A stretch of 63,807 bases of DNA, filler included, from Octopus bimaculoides (GCF_001194135.2; 5 parts of 4 records of this genome joined end to end with filler, not necessarily neighbours in it), one strand, 5' to 3'. Positions 10,514 through 24,254 are shown, counted from the first letter of the whole stretch. Notes: generated by a model not told the origin, from the letters alone. Numbers and translations: made by a program.

Positions 10514-11884
10514 CTGCAAAACACAAAGAATAAATACATAGAAATAGAAATTTAGAGACATTTCAATGTTGAATGCAGCAGTAGCAGCATCGTCATCATC
10601 ATTGTCATAATCGTTGTCATCATGTCGCACTGTCACAGTCATTTTGACGTCTGCTTTGCCATGCGCACATGGGCCAGGCAAAACTCGTTGAGGCAGGTTT
10701 TCAACAGTCAGACGTCCTTCTTGTTGCCAAACCTTATTTGCTCTCAAGTAAGTTAATATTTCTCGGTGGCCAGACATGTTTTTATTTTTTGGAAAAGATT
10801 GGCAATGACAGATGCTGTTTACAATGAAGAACACACATTCACAACCATCATCATCATAATGCAGTGTTTTCAATCCGGGTTTTGTCTACTGTTAAGAGGG
10901 ATGGCTGGGTCTACCTCAATGCCATAGCAACTGAGGTAGGCAGGTGCAGCCCACCCCAACCTTTCGGCTAGCTGGTACCCATTCTCCTTTGCTGTCATGA
11001 GGCTTTTTTGGAGCTGGATTTTCTACGGGGATCATTCCTTCGCTTACCCCCAACTTCAGTTTCTAGACATGAGTGGTCCCGAGACCAAGGCCTCTACCAC
11101 GATTGTTTTCAGGTATTGTTTTCAGTCATGTTTGTTTGTTTATCTATGGACAAGATATCTCAAGAACCGCTGGATGGATTCGGATGTAACTTTCAGGGAT
11201 GTTTGGCCTCATAACTGACACAAACTGATTAGATTTGGGGATTGATCCGATACCGGACAAGGATTCTGGATTATTTTCCCTGTTTTTTTTTTACTTAATT
11301 TTTGAGAGCAGTCAGGTTCATTTTTAGTATTCTAGTTTGTGAGAGCAGTCAAGTTTATTTCAGGTATTCTCATTTTAAAAATCATCTCTGTCTAATCATT
11401 GAGAGGATGTTGGCAGAACTTTGTGCTCTTGTTATTATTATTATTATTATTATGGCTGGCCGCCCACACTTTTTTCTGCAAAACAGGGGTAGCTTATCCT
11501 GTTCAGGCTATATTATTAGCATTATCCTGCGTTTGAGAATTTAAAATCACTTCTTTAACTTTCTAAGACATCTCAACGCTTCTAAAAGCAGACTTCGTTT
11601 GTTTGTTTACGTTCATCGTAATTTGAACTCCTCCTCGTCATCGGCGTCATCGGCGTCGGTGGCGTCAGCGTCATCATCATTAATATTGCATGTCTTTGTT
11701 TTGGTATTAAAACTGAAAATATCGACTGCTTTTTTAAAAAAAGTTTGGACTTGGGTTTGCACCTCCTGAGCAAATTTTGTTCCCGTATTTATGCCTGAGA
11801 GCATCAACAACAGCAAAATAAGACAGAAGACAAGAAGAACAAATGGTGAAAGTGAGTGAAAGAGGTAGATATAAAATGACTTAC

Positions 11885-11965
11885 TGCACTCAATGATGAC
11901 CGAGGCTCCCGTGCGAGCGATAATTCATAGATATTATCCTCTGTGTAATGCATATCAAGAGACAA
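11885..11965 (-). CDS. RASGRP: RasGRP exon (LSLDMHYTEDNIYELSLAREPRSSLSA), end of GEF domain
   Basis: tttgcag|TTG...GCA|gtaagt; 81 nt, phase 0/0; matches the RasGRP LSLD..YTEDEIYELS..REPR motif; absent from the ORF track. Confidence 0.95.
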
Positions 11966-13039
11966 CTGCAAACACAAAAAAAAAAATTAAGAAAATATGA
12001 GATAAATAGAGTCGAGAAAATTATTAAAGATGATAATCATGAACAACAACAACAACAGTAAAGATCGGTTTAACAAGCATCTCGATGTCCAGTAATTTTA
12101 AATCCGGGTTTGTCTCCGTTAACGGAGGTGGCCAGATCTACCTCACTCTTACAGCAACAGCTCTCACACCATCTCACCCAGTTTTGGGTGTCGTCCCTCT
12201 TCAAGTCAACCCTCCCAATCTCCTCCTCCACCTGTCTCCTCCACGTTTTCTTTGGTCACCCTTGCTTTCATGATTAATTCACTTTAAACTCAAGCACTCT
12301 CCTCAGAACATGATCCTCATCCGTCCTCAACACATCCATACCACCACACTCCATTTGCCCTTGCCAGTTGTTCCACCGATTCCTCCAACCCCAGCATCCC
12401 CATCAAGGCCCCAGCATCCCCATCAAGGCCTCAGCCCTCCTTTCGTCCATTTGTTTTTGGTGTTGTTGTTATTATGAAGACAGTGACTTTGAAGTTTCAG
12501 CCTGTTGGCCTTCATTAAGCTGCACTACATTTGGGTTTCTTTTTGGCTTTATATAATCTTTGGTAAATCGCTTTTCTGCAGAAGGTGGAGCTATGTGAAA
12601 TGATAATTCGGCTTCTTGGACACACATTAGGGGAATAGATGTATAAGAAAGGGGATAGAAGAGAATAAAAGGTAATAGTGATATAAGGGAGTTTGGGTGT
12701 TAATATGTCTAATCAATCTTTTTTTTTTTTTTCAGGTTAGAGGCTAATTTTAGATCATTTAAAGAAAAAATGAATACACACACACACACACACACACACA
12801 CATGCATATAATACATCAATTCCTGTAAGATTATATGTACTTTATGTATTTAATGTTTTCATGCAGCCATTTTCAAAATTAAAAACAGGAATATGAAATT
12901 ATCAACCAAGCCATATAAGTTTACCATAATTGGCAAAAACATTTATTTTCATCCATTTCATAAAAACATTTCTTTCGATATATTTCTTAAAAGACGGAAG
13001 GAAATTAAAATGTGTATGGGAATTAAGGCAAAGTATGAA

Positions 13040-13760
13040 AATGGTTTATAATTTCGAAATGTCATTAATTCCAGGCTTCATTTTCAGAGAACCAATATGA
13101 GATTCAACTTTAAATGGTCATTGGATAAATTTGTTTCAGAACAGAAGTTTTGTTCTTAAGAAATTTTGAAGAAGTTTGCTCACACAAATACATGATACTA
13201 AGTACTGAAAGAAAAGCTCAAGTATAATTTTTCAAATGAGGAAATATTTTATTTGAGAAAAAAACATATAAAAGCTGATTAAATTTGCTTCTTTATGCAT
13301 GTTTTTTTAATATGATGTTTGATTGGCAGGCTATCAGTTCTATCTGTAATTCATGTGGGAGTTCTACACAGCTGAAGTTAAGTGAATTCAGGAAAAAACC
13401 TGATTTCTTCTACTTTGGAATCATCATTATTGGAAAAGTGCTCTTGAGAAACAACTCTTCTTAATTCAGAAATGATTTCTTTCATGAATGAAGAAGAAAA
13501 ATTTGCTCCACTTTCTTGACGAAATTCCTCATAACATGAGAAATGAGCCAAATTATTAATTTTTACCTGGGCTTCAAGTAACGAAACTTTTACCTTGAAT
13601 ACCTTGATGCGTGTGAATAGATCACAGATCAAATTGTTTTTCGCCCTCCTCCTTGCAATTTTATATTAAATTGGTTCATGTGACCAGCCTGTCAAATCCA
13701 TAGAAATGTTAATCTCTACAGCTTGTCACCATTTGTTAATAATAATAATAATAATAATAG
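13040..13760 (-). pseudogene. hAT (Charlie/SPIN, GTF2IRD2-like) transposase fossil
   Basis: Frameshifted pieces resembling LTGHMNQFNIKLQG, ICDLFTRIKVFKVKVSLLEAQVKINNLAHF and the dimerisation motif YLCEQT..KFLKNK..TNLSNDHL. Confidence 0.8.
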
Positions 13761-14695
13761 CTCTGGTTGGTTCTTCTCTCTTAGAAATATTTCAATTTCA
13801 TTTCTAATATAAAATACTTTTAATAGGACCATTCTACAATTTAGCCATGATAAGACAAGTCATGAAACACAAAATCAATATCTGTTGAAAATCATGATGA
13901 TTAATTAGGAATATGGCAGTAAATGAAATTCCCAGCTAACACAATGGGGTTTCATGACACATGACAAAGCAGCATAGCAGCCAAATATGTGGTACATAAT
14001 GTTTGTTCCTGTATAGATACAGTAAAGAAACATAGACTGACTCTCCACCAATTTTGTGAGCTTTTGAAATTTGTCCTACAAAAATTTATTTAACCATTTC
14101 TTCTGCTATAAGATGTAACATTTCATAACTGTTCACCATCTCCACCACCACCACCACCACTTAATGTCCATTTTCCATCCTGGAAAACTCCAATGTCTGC
14201 TTTGGCACATGGTTTCTACCGCTGGAAGTTCTGCCCAATGCTAAACACTTCACAGAGTGTAGTGAGGGTCTTTTTACATGGCACCAGCACAAGTAATATC
14301 ACCCAAGTAACTGATAAGACAATAACCCTTCAACTGGGTTTAGCGGGGGGGGGGGAGTGTATAGTAATGAGTTGGGTGGCTTGATGCCAGGCGATGAGGG
14401 GTTAAAGTATGATAGAGGAAAAGAAATGGGTGTCTTAAGATAGAGGAGGTACAGGGCTACCCCATTTGGATAAGAAGAGGAGATGGAGATGAAGAAGTGT
14501 CAGGGCATTTCCTTAAGTTACAGGAAGGTGAACATAAAGGGTCCAGAGGATTGGACAAGATAAAGTCTTTTGACATTTCTTTGAAGATGTCTCCTTTAGC
14601 TGTTTATGCCTATTTCAACCAACATTACAAATAAATGCTACAATATTTACATTATTTACATTTGACGGATATTTGTCCTCATCTTGTTTGTTGTT

Positions 14696-14741
14696 AACAC
14701 AATATTTCGGCGGATATAACCTCCAGCCTTCATCAGGTGTC
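14696..14741 (-). ncRNA. Second hammerhead motif, variant (GAAAT-ATT)
   Basis: Minus strand GACAC-CTGATGA-A-GGCTG..CCGCC-GAAAT-ATT-GTGTT; one stem II mismatch. Confidence 0.45.
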
Positions 14742-17700
14742 TTGGGGAAATTTCAAACTTGGATTTTCATTCCTGAGGTATTTTTCAATGTTATTATTAT
14801 TATTATTATTATTGTCATTATTATTATTGTTATTGTTGTTGTTCAGGTCACTGCTCGGAATTGAACTCGGAATCTTGGGGTTAGTAGCCCGCGCTCTTAA
14901 CCACTATGCCATATGCCTGTCAAATGTAAATAATGTAAATAAAGTACATAATTCCTCATCTCTTAAAAAATATAGACCTGTATAAATGCTACAAGTTGCA
15001 CCATATCAGATGTCTCAGTCAATTCATCACAAGTGAGAAAGGGTCACAGAAAACTCTTGAATTTTGTTGATCACTTGAGAAATTATATTATTATATATAT
15101 ATAGGCGCAGGAGTGGCTGTGTGGTAAGTAGTTTGCTTACCAACCACATGGTTCCGGATTCAGTCCTACTGTGTGGCACCTTGGGCAAGTGTCTTTTAAT
15201 ATAGCCTTTGGCCGACCAAAGCCTTGTGAGTGGATTTGGTAGACGGAAACTGAAAGAAGCCCGTCATATATATGTATACATATATATATATATATGTATG
15301 TGTGCTTGTGTGTCCGTGTTTGACCCCCCACAACATCGCTTGACAACCAATGCCGGTGTGTTTACGTCCCCGTAACTTAGCGGTTCGGCAAAAGAGACAG
15401 ATAGAATAAGTATTAGGCTTACAAAGAATAAGTCCTGGAGTCGATTTGCTCAACTAAAGGCAGTGCTCCAGCATGGGCACAGTAAAATAACTGAAACAAG
15501 TAAAAGAGTAATAGAGTAAAAAAACTATTTCCATTAAATAAATTTTATATTAATCTTATAATTTCTCCGCCCTGCCTAATGTGAAAAAGAACTAACATCC
15601 TGTTTACAGTTTTAGAAAATGACATTTAAAAAAAATGAAAGTTTAAAGTGAAACTTAGAAAGGTTTGCATCTTTTCAGTATGGAAATTTCTTTAATGTGT
15701 ATAATTCTACCATTTGCCAGAATTTTCTCTGACACTCAACTAATTCTACTATCAACTTCTTTCAGACAATACATATTTCTAACATAAGGTCAACATCACA
15801 AATTTATGATGGAGTGAATGAAAAGTATAGGTTAGTAAATTACTTAATTGATCCTCAGGTCTTAATTAGAATTTATTGTACCAACCCTGGATGAGACAAG
15901 AAGCAATTTTAAATTCAGAATGTTTTGAACTCATAATGGAAAAGAACCACAAGGCAATTCCTCCATTTCTCAACCATTTCTGCCTGTTTCGTGTAATCAT
16001 ATCTCGTATTAAGGAAGGATAGGAAAATATTAGATTTATAAACCCTAAAATTCACTCCATAATTGCCCATGGGCATACGGTGTAGTGGTTAAGAGCGCAG
16101 GCTACTAACCCCACAAGATTCCGAGTTTGATTCCAGGCAGGGACCTAATAATAACATCAAAAAAATACCTTAGGAATGAGAACCCAGGTTCGAAATTTCC
16201 CCCAAGACACCTGATGAAGGCTGGAGGGTATTAACAACAAACAAGATGAGGACAAATATCCATCAAATGTAAATAATGTAAATAATGCATCATCATTTAA
16301 TGTCTATTTTCCATGCTGGCATGGGTTGGATGGTTTGATTGAAGTCTGGAGAGCCAGCAGATGCACCAGACTCCAATCTGATCTGGCAATGTTCCTACAG
16401 CTAGATGCCCTTCTTAACGTCAACCACTCCGAGAGTGTAGTGGGTGCTTTCTACATGCCACTGGCACAGGAGTCAGTCAGGTGGGCCTGGCATCAATCAT
16501 GTTCGGATAGTGCTTTTTACATACCACCAGCACGGAGGCCAGTCAGTGGGTACTGGCATTGACCACATTCAGATGGTGCTTTTTACATGCCACTGGCACA
16601 GAAGCCAGTCGAGGGGCACTGGCCACAGCTACAATATTGGTTTTACTTGACTCAACAAGTCTTCTCAAGCATATCATATCACCCAACGTATCAGAAGTAT
16701 TCTTAACAGGGTCAGACATGCATGGCTGCAATCTCACTTTAGTTGCCAGGTCTTCTCAATCACAGCATATCTCCAAAAGTCTTGGTCTCCTGTCATTGCC
16801 TCTGTGAGGCCCATTTCAAACGTATTGAATTCAAATCAAGAACTTGCTTTCTCTTAGAATTTACCAAGTATCTTTGTCTGTTTTTTGTTTTTTCTTGCCT
16901 TCTGAAAAGTACCATTATTATTCATGCATAAGTTGCCTCTCTAATTTAATATTAAATCTTGGCATAAGATTTTCCCCTTCATTTTCAAACTTTGCTTCAT
17001 CTACAAATCACATACCAGTTTTATTTCAGTTAAAAATGAAGTATAAAATAGTACAACCCGTACACTAGCAAATACTGTAATATTTCTTTGAGTGTTGAGA
17101 TTTTCTTTTAGAATGGATTATCTATAAATGTATAACAAAGTCATTTTCTTTGGATGTTATACAAATTAATTGATTTAATTAATACAATTAGCTAATTATT
17201 TCTAAACGGTTAAAATATACATACAGAGATCATTGGCAGCATTATCATTTTGTTATTGTAACAGCGTTCTGTCGAACAAACTAGTGAGTGGAAGTGTACT
17301 GCTGTACATGCGCATATTTCTATTTTATTTATTTATTACTTCTATTACGGGTGTCAAACCATGAATAGAAAATGTGAAAATGATCTGGTCAGGTTCTGTT
17401 ACATTAGCAGCAAGGTAACAATGCCTGATCAGCATTCTAAAATTACTCAGTTTGTAAAATCATGTTACCATGATTACTATTTTGGAATCAGACAGAGAGA
17501 TCAAGATAAAAATGTTTATTCTTCAGATATGTTGTAGAATACGAGTTGAATTCTTAAAACAATGGAATAAAGTTAACATGAAATTTCTATCTTTTGGTGT
17601 TCTGATGGTGCAGAGAGAATGAAAGAATCATATAACAGATGGTTATTTTTGTATGACTCACCCAGAAAATCAGTTTATATTTTAAAATGCTAAAAATAAG

Positions 17701-18194
17701 TTGCTGTTCTATTTTACAACCATTGAAGTGTAGTTATATTTAAAGTATTTTTTAAAGCAAAGATTTTAACGCAGAATTTTTGGTAGCAACAAAACTAAAG
17801 GAATATTTAACCATTATGAAATTTACAGATGCAGGAAAAAAAAAACTAGAACTCTGTCAGTTATGAAGATAAGGGTTCCAGTCCATCAGTTCAACAGAAA
17901 AGCTTGCTTATGAAATTAACCTGCAAGTGGCTGAGCACTCCACAGACACGTGTACCCTTAACAAAGTTCAAGGAAATTCTGTGTGACAAACAGTGTGACA
18001 AGACGGATTCTTTAAATTACAGGTATAACTCATTTTCACCAGCTGAGTGGACTGGAGCAATGTGAATAAATGTCTTGCTTAAGGATACAATGTACCACTG
18101 AGAATCAAATTCACAACCTTATGATTGTGAGTCAAATAACCTGACCACTAAACCATGCACATTCACACTAGAGATGTAAATAAAAAGAGTAAAC

Positions 18195-18660
18195 ACCATG
18201 TTTTGCATCCTGATGTCTTTTCTGCCATAAAACCTGTCTCACAATTCAAAAGTTCCAATACAAACAATACCCAAGAACACAGAGTTCACTAAAGATGGTT
18301 ATCTTGAATATGATGGTATGGAACCCTCAGCGTCATATCAATCCTGATGCACTGATTAAAAACCAAAACCTTTAACTCGAGAGTAACCGAGTTCCCTAAT
18401 TAGGGATTTAGCTATGTCAAGAGTTTGCCCAGCTCCTTTGCTTATGTCTTGACGAAACCATTTACATGCACCAGAAACAACCTGCTTCTATTATCACAGA
18501 AGAGATGAAGAGCTTTGCTAGTTTTTCTCACTTTGTAATAACACTTCATAAATATAATACAGGAACATTGGAGGGTTAGTTGAAGGTGCCCTTAAGTCTG
18601 CTTTTCTCATTTGTACTCTAATCTGAACTTGAAGTCTAAGAAACAAGAGAAAGGCATTTG
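18195..18660 (+). pseudogene. DNA transposase fossil, probably CMC/Chapaev3-like
   Basis: Disrupted HPDVFSAIKPVS, LIRDLAMS..AQLL and NHLHAPETTCFYYHRRDEEL..FFS..RNIGGL resemble a widespread invertebrate transposase; the superfamily assignment is from memory. Confidence 0.5.
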
Positions 18661-18741
18661 CTTTATCATAATCAGTGCAAAATAAAAAAGATATTTCAAG
18701 TAACACGAAAAATGTGCCCATTGCTGTGGTATTGTACTTAC

Positions 18742-18928
18742 CCGAAGAGTATTAACAAGGTCCATATTGGTATCAAGTGGAAGGTTTTCATTTTGTAGGC
18801 AAGTAAGTTCTTTAAAGATTTGATAAAGTTGAACCATTTTACGGAAGTGAATTAAGCTGGTGGAGACTCCATCAACTTTGTCAGCAAGGGCTGTATGAAG
18901 TGAAATCAAATCCTTTAAGTGAACCCCT
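18742..18928 (-). CDS. RASGRP: RasGRP exon (GEF domain, GVHLKDLISLH...DLVNTLR)
   Basis: ttccag|A GGG GTT CAC...CTT CGG|gtaagt; 187 nt; TT+A completes Leu, giving the PILGVHLKDL motif. Confidence 0.95.
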
Positions 18929-20419
18929 CTGGAAATGAAACACAGTTTATATATAATGTAAGAGAATAATTTGGGTTGGAATTATACATTTATAGACTGA
19001 AATAATAAAGTTGGTTCTTAAACAGGACAATTATGTCTGGAAACTTGGAAGCAAGCACAGCAGTCATTGTTAATCATCACCACCAAAAATATTGAAATAA
19101 ATGTATATCAATGTTCAGCTTCAAATTCTGCAGGTTAGTTCCGGGACAGAAGGTATAAATGTGAAATTAGTTCCAGAATGGTTTTAGGTTCAAATTCACT
19201 GCAGGTACCCTGGGCAAGTGTTTCCTTCCATAGCTACTGACTGACCAAACCTTTGTGAGTCAACTTCAGTCCATGGAAATTGTGCAGAAATTATTCCTAT
19301 TCTTAAGTGATAAGCATAAATTTACTAAGGCTTTCGGTATCGTTACCAAAGTCTGCTCCATATACAGGTATCAGAACCAGGGCTCTGGCTTAACAAGAAC
19401 TTCCTCCTTCCCTTCCTTTAGTTTGATAAAAGGATGTACTTTTATAAAAGGATGTAGGCACTGTTCTTCTTCCTATGACTCATAGAACCTCTGGCAGACA
19501 GGATTGACTATGCATCTCCACAAGTATACATGGACCTGGGTCAAGAATTTATAAGGAAAACAGGCAATTACATATGCATACAGAACTCTTCTCTCCATGC
19601 CACTGATGTTTATCCAAGTGAAGGGCTGATGCAGCTTAGCACAGAATGATCACAGATATTACAGAATGATCACAGTTATTATACAACGATTACAGAATGA
19701 TCACAGGTATTGCTGTCAGATCATAAAGGGCTGAATCAGGTATCAGCCAATCTTTTCAGTTTCACCAATCCACAGATGTGTGTGTGTGTGCACGCATGTG
19801 TATGTGTATATGTATATGTCTGTCTCTGTGTTTCTATGTTTGACCCTCACCACAACCACTTGACAACTGCTGTTGGTTTGTTTACATCCCCATAGCTTAG
19901 CAATTCAGCAAAAGCAACTGAAAGAGTAACTACCAGACTTTACATGAAAAAATTTGGGTCAATTTGTTTGATTAAAACACCTTCAGGTAGGGGGGCTCCG
20001 AAAGGGGTCTCAGGGAGTAGTGTCCCTGCCTTCCTGATCTAGTTTACCACCACATTTCTTAAAAACCATGGTAGAGGCCTTGATCTCAGGACCACTCATG
20101 TCTAGAAACTGAGGTTGGGGGTAAGCAAGGGTATGCTCCTCATAGAAAATCCAGCTCCAAAAAAGCCTCATGATAGCAAAGGAGANNNNNNNNNNAGGGT
20201 ATGCTCCTCATAGAAAATCCAGCTCCAAAAAAGCCTCATGATAGCAAAGGAGAATGGTCACCAGCCAGCCCAAAGGTTGGGGTGGGCTGCACCTGCCTAC
20301 CTCAGTTGCTACGGCATTGAGGTAGATCTGGCCACTCTCGTTAACGGGGACAAAACCCGGATTTAAAACACTGGATGACGATGATGATGATGATGATTAA
20401 GATGATGATGATGATGATT

Positions 20420-20452
<33 letters not shown>

Positions 20453-21271
20453 ATGATGATGATGAAGGTGGTACTCCAGCTTGGTCTCAGCCTCTGGCTG
20501 AAACCAGTAAAAGATGAAAAACAACAAAACGATAATTAGAAGCTAACAGCCTGGCGAACTAGTAAAAGAGTTAATTATGAAGAATAATTTAAAATTTTGT
20601 TTTTTTAAATCTTCCAAAATGTAAAAAACTGTTTCATGACATTTAGAAAATAGCCATTGGTCAAAACCTTTCATCACATGATGTACAGCAACTTCAAACA
20701 TCGCATCAAAGTAGAAAGGATATAAGAGGGAGATGGAATTCTTCAAAGTAATGTTTTCCAGGCGGCACAAACGTCTAGGAAGGATTTTGAAGTAAGAAAC
20801 ATTGGGATAATTGTTAAGAAGGGAGGAAAATAACAATTTTGATTTTTTTTTTTTTTTCTCGGGGGAAAAAATAATATTCGTTGTCATTGAAACGTTAGTG
20901 GTGAAACAGTAATATTTAGCAGATGGTGCTTTATCATTCATCAACACNNNNNNNNNNATAATCACCATCACTGACATCATCATCATCATCATCATCATCA
21001 TCACCACCACCACCACTATCATCATCATCATTATCATCATCATCACCACCACCATCATCATCATCATCGTTATCATCATCACCACTACCATCATCATTAT
21101 CATCATCATCAGCATCACCATCAGCTCCACCATTATAACCATCATCATCCCCACCATCACCATCACCATCATCATCATCAGCTCCACCACTACAACCATT
21201 ATCATCACCATCATCATCATCATCATCAACAACATCATAGTTACCAAAACCATCACCTCCAACACCACCAT

Positions 21272-21620
21272 TTTTAAATTCAGGTTTTGTCCCCGTTAAT
21301 GGGGGTGGCCAGATCTCCCTCAATGCCATAGCAACTGTCTTCACACCATCTCACCATCTCTCCCAGTTTTGGGCATTCTCCCTTCTCAAGCCAACCCTCC
21401 TGATCTCCTCCTCCACCTGTCCCTTCCATGTTTTCCTCGGTCTGCCTCGCTTTCGCGGTCCATTTACCTCAAACTCAAGCCCCCTCCCCAAAACATGCTC
21501 CTCGTCCCTCCTCAACACATGCCCATACCACCGCAATCCATTCGCCCTTGCCAGCCGTTCCACCAATTCCTGCAACCCCAGGACCTCATCAAGTCCTCAG
21601 TCCGCTATCCTTTTATTATA
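21272..21620 (-). mobile_element. RTE-clade LINE 3' end
   Basis: LRWYGHVLRRDEEHVLGRGLEFEVNGPRKRGRPRKTW; related piece at ~12085-12430. Confidence 0.85.
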
Positions 21621-22064
21621 CATTAACCTCTCAACCAACACGAAGCTACCTCTTGCAGTACCATTCCTCCACCCAGCCAAAGGGTCCATTATCTTGCAAG
21701 TTACTTGGCAACCCTTCTGGTGATGGTGCTACATAAAAAGCACCCTGTACACTGTAAAGTGGTTGGCATTAGGAAAACCATCCAGTCGTAAAAACCATAC
21801 CAAGGCAAACAACAGCACCTGGTGCAGTCCTCTGGCTTGCCAGCTCCTGTCAAAACCATAGAAACCATGCCAGCATGGAAATCAAATGTTAAATTTTAAA
21901 TGATGATGATGATGATAAACATTAACAAAAGAAGATAAGGAAAAAGAAAAGAATAACAATACATCATTAAGGTACCACACCTATGAAACTTTAAAAAAAA
22001 AAGAAGAAAAAAACATGACAAAAATAGTCTGTAATTAGTAAGAAAGAACAGTGTATCCACTTAC

Positions 22065-22279
22065 AATATAGGTACTCGAAAACCCGTACACTGTTGATAT
22101 TGGCGCCGGTAATTACTAAAATTGTTGTTGGTAGACAATAATTCTGTCAATTCTATGAGGAGTTTCTGTGTATCTGAAGACAAACAAGCATTGGTCTTGC
22201 TAAGTCGAGCCAAAGCACTGTGAGTTAGACCACCAACCACAGCCATCAATGTATTGAAGTTCTGTAAATTTCGAAGTTT
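22065..22279 (-). CDS. RASGRP: RasGRP exon (GEF domain, KLRNLQNFNTLMAVVGGL...GFRVPIL)
   Basis: ttccag|AAA...ATA TT|gtaagt; 215 nt, phase 0/2; NFNTLMAVVGGL and NFSNYRR motifs of Cdc25 GEFs. Confidence 0.95.
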
Positions 22280-22499
22280 CTGGAAAATGATTTGTAAAAA
22301 TAGAGATTAAAAAATAATTTGGGAAAAAAAAGGATTAAAATAACAACAGTTTCAAATTTTAGCACAAGGATAATGGTTTTAGCGAAAGGTGGGGGTGTCT
22401 TCTACTATAGCCCTGGGCCGACCAGAGCCTTGTGAGTGGATTTGGTAGACGGAAACTGAAAGAAACACATTGTATGTATATATGTGTGTGTGTGTGTGT

Positions 22500-22540
<41 letters not shown>

Positions 22541-24223
22541 TGTGTTTGTCCCCCCAACATCGCTTGACAACCGATGCTGGTGTGTTTACGTCCCCATAAC
22601 TTAGCGGTTCGGCAAAAGAGACCGATAGAATAAGTCCTGGGGTCGATTTGCTCGACTAAAAAGGCAGTGCTCCAGCATTGTCACAGTCAAATGACTGAAA
22701 CAAGTAAAAGAGAGTAAAAGAGAGTAAACACAAAGCATAAAAAAATTCTTGATTCTGTAATTTGATTATTTGCATAAAGTACACAAATGGCCCTTAAAAG
22801 ACTTTCTGTCATTAAAGAGGCCCGCAATGTAATTCAAGTTCGTTAGGCCTGGTTTAAACCAATCTCATTGATTCATTTAATTTCTCACTGTTTTCCTTTT
22901 TCCCGATCTCTACTTCATCCATGTTGACTCTGTTACTCAATTTCTTTGATGTAATTCCCATAACCAGTTTAATCACACAATTAGCTGCTCTGTTTAGTAC
23001 TAATTACTTCAGTATTAATTCATTTAAGTCCTTCTAAGTTATTTTAATATAATTTATCCTTCCATTCATTCTTATGGTACATCTTACAACTCTTCCTTAA
23101 TATTAATAATAGTTTATTTAACTGTTGCCTCTTCTCGGCTTAAAATACAACAAACACATTAACTTTAGTGTTACCTGTATAATCACCTTTATTAAAATTC
23201 ATTAACATTTCCTAATGACTTAAGCTCAAACAGTTTAAACCAGTAGCTTTACAACTTTTTTGATATCCAGACCTAAAGCTGGATTTTTCTAGAAGACCAC
23301 ACCAAAAGAAAAACTTAAATAAGTCAATTAAAAAGAATTTTATTCTTTTCTACTCTAGGCACAAGGCCCGAAGTTTTGGGGGAGGGAGCCAGTCGATTAG
23401 ATTGACCTCAGTATGCAACTGGTACTTAATTTATCGACCCCGAAAGAATGAAAGGCAAAATCGACCTCAGTGGAATTTGAACTCAGAATGTAAAGACAGA
23501 CAAAATACCGCTAAGCATTTCGCCTGGTGTGCTAACGTTTCTGCCAGCTCAATGCCTGAAAGAAAATTTTATTAAGCAAAATGTCGTGCTTGAGAAGAAG
23601 ACCAATCAAGCCAAGTGGAATGATAGTCGTGGCAGGTACTGGTGTCACGCAAGAGGCACCCACGGTGGTGGCACATAAAATCACCCATTACACTCTGAGA
23701 GTTGTTAGCGTGAGGAAGGGCATCCAGCTGTAAGAAAGCATGCCAAATCAGACTGGAGTTTGGTGCAGCCCCTCAGCTTACCAGCCCTGATCAAACCATT
23801 TAACCCATGCCAGATGTTAAATGATGAATACTGATTATAGAGAGGGGAACCATTAGGAGCTACCAGGAGGATACTTGAGGGTCACATGCTGCTCTGGGAG
23901 CCACTATTGAGACCCTTTGGTTTAAACAGTAATTTTCTTTCTTCATCCAATTCCATTTGTCCCATTGCCTTCCTGAATGCTACAAACTCAATTCTATTCC
24001 TTTACTTGTTTCAGTTATTTGACTGTGGCCATGCTGGAGCATCGCCTTTAATCGAAAAAAATGACCCCAAGACTTATTTTTTATAAGCCTAGTATTTATA
24101 CTATCAGTCTCTTTTGCCAAACTGCTAAGTTAAGGGGACATAAACACACCAGCATCGGTTATCAAGCGATGTCGGGGGGATAAATACAGGCACACAAACA
24201 TATACACACACATAAATATATAA

Positions 24224-24254
<31 letters not shown>

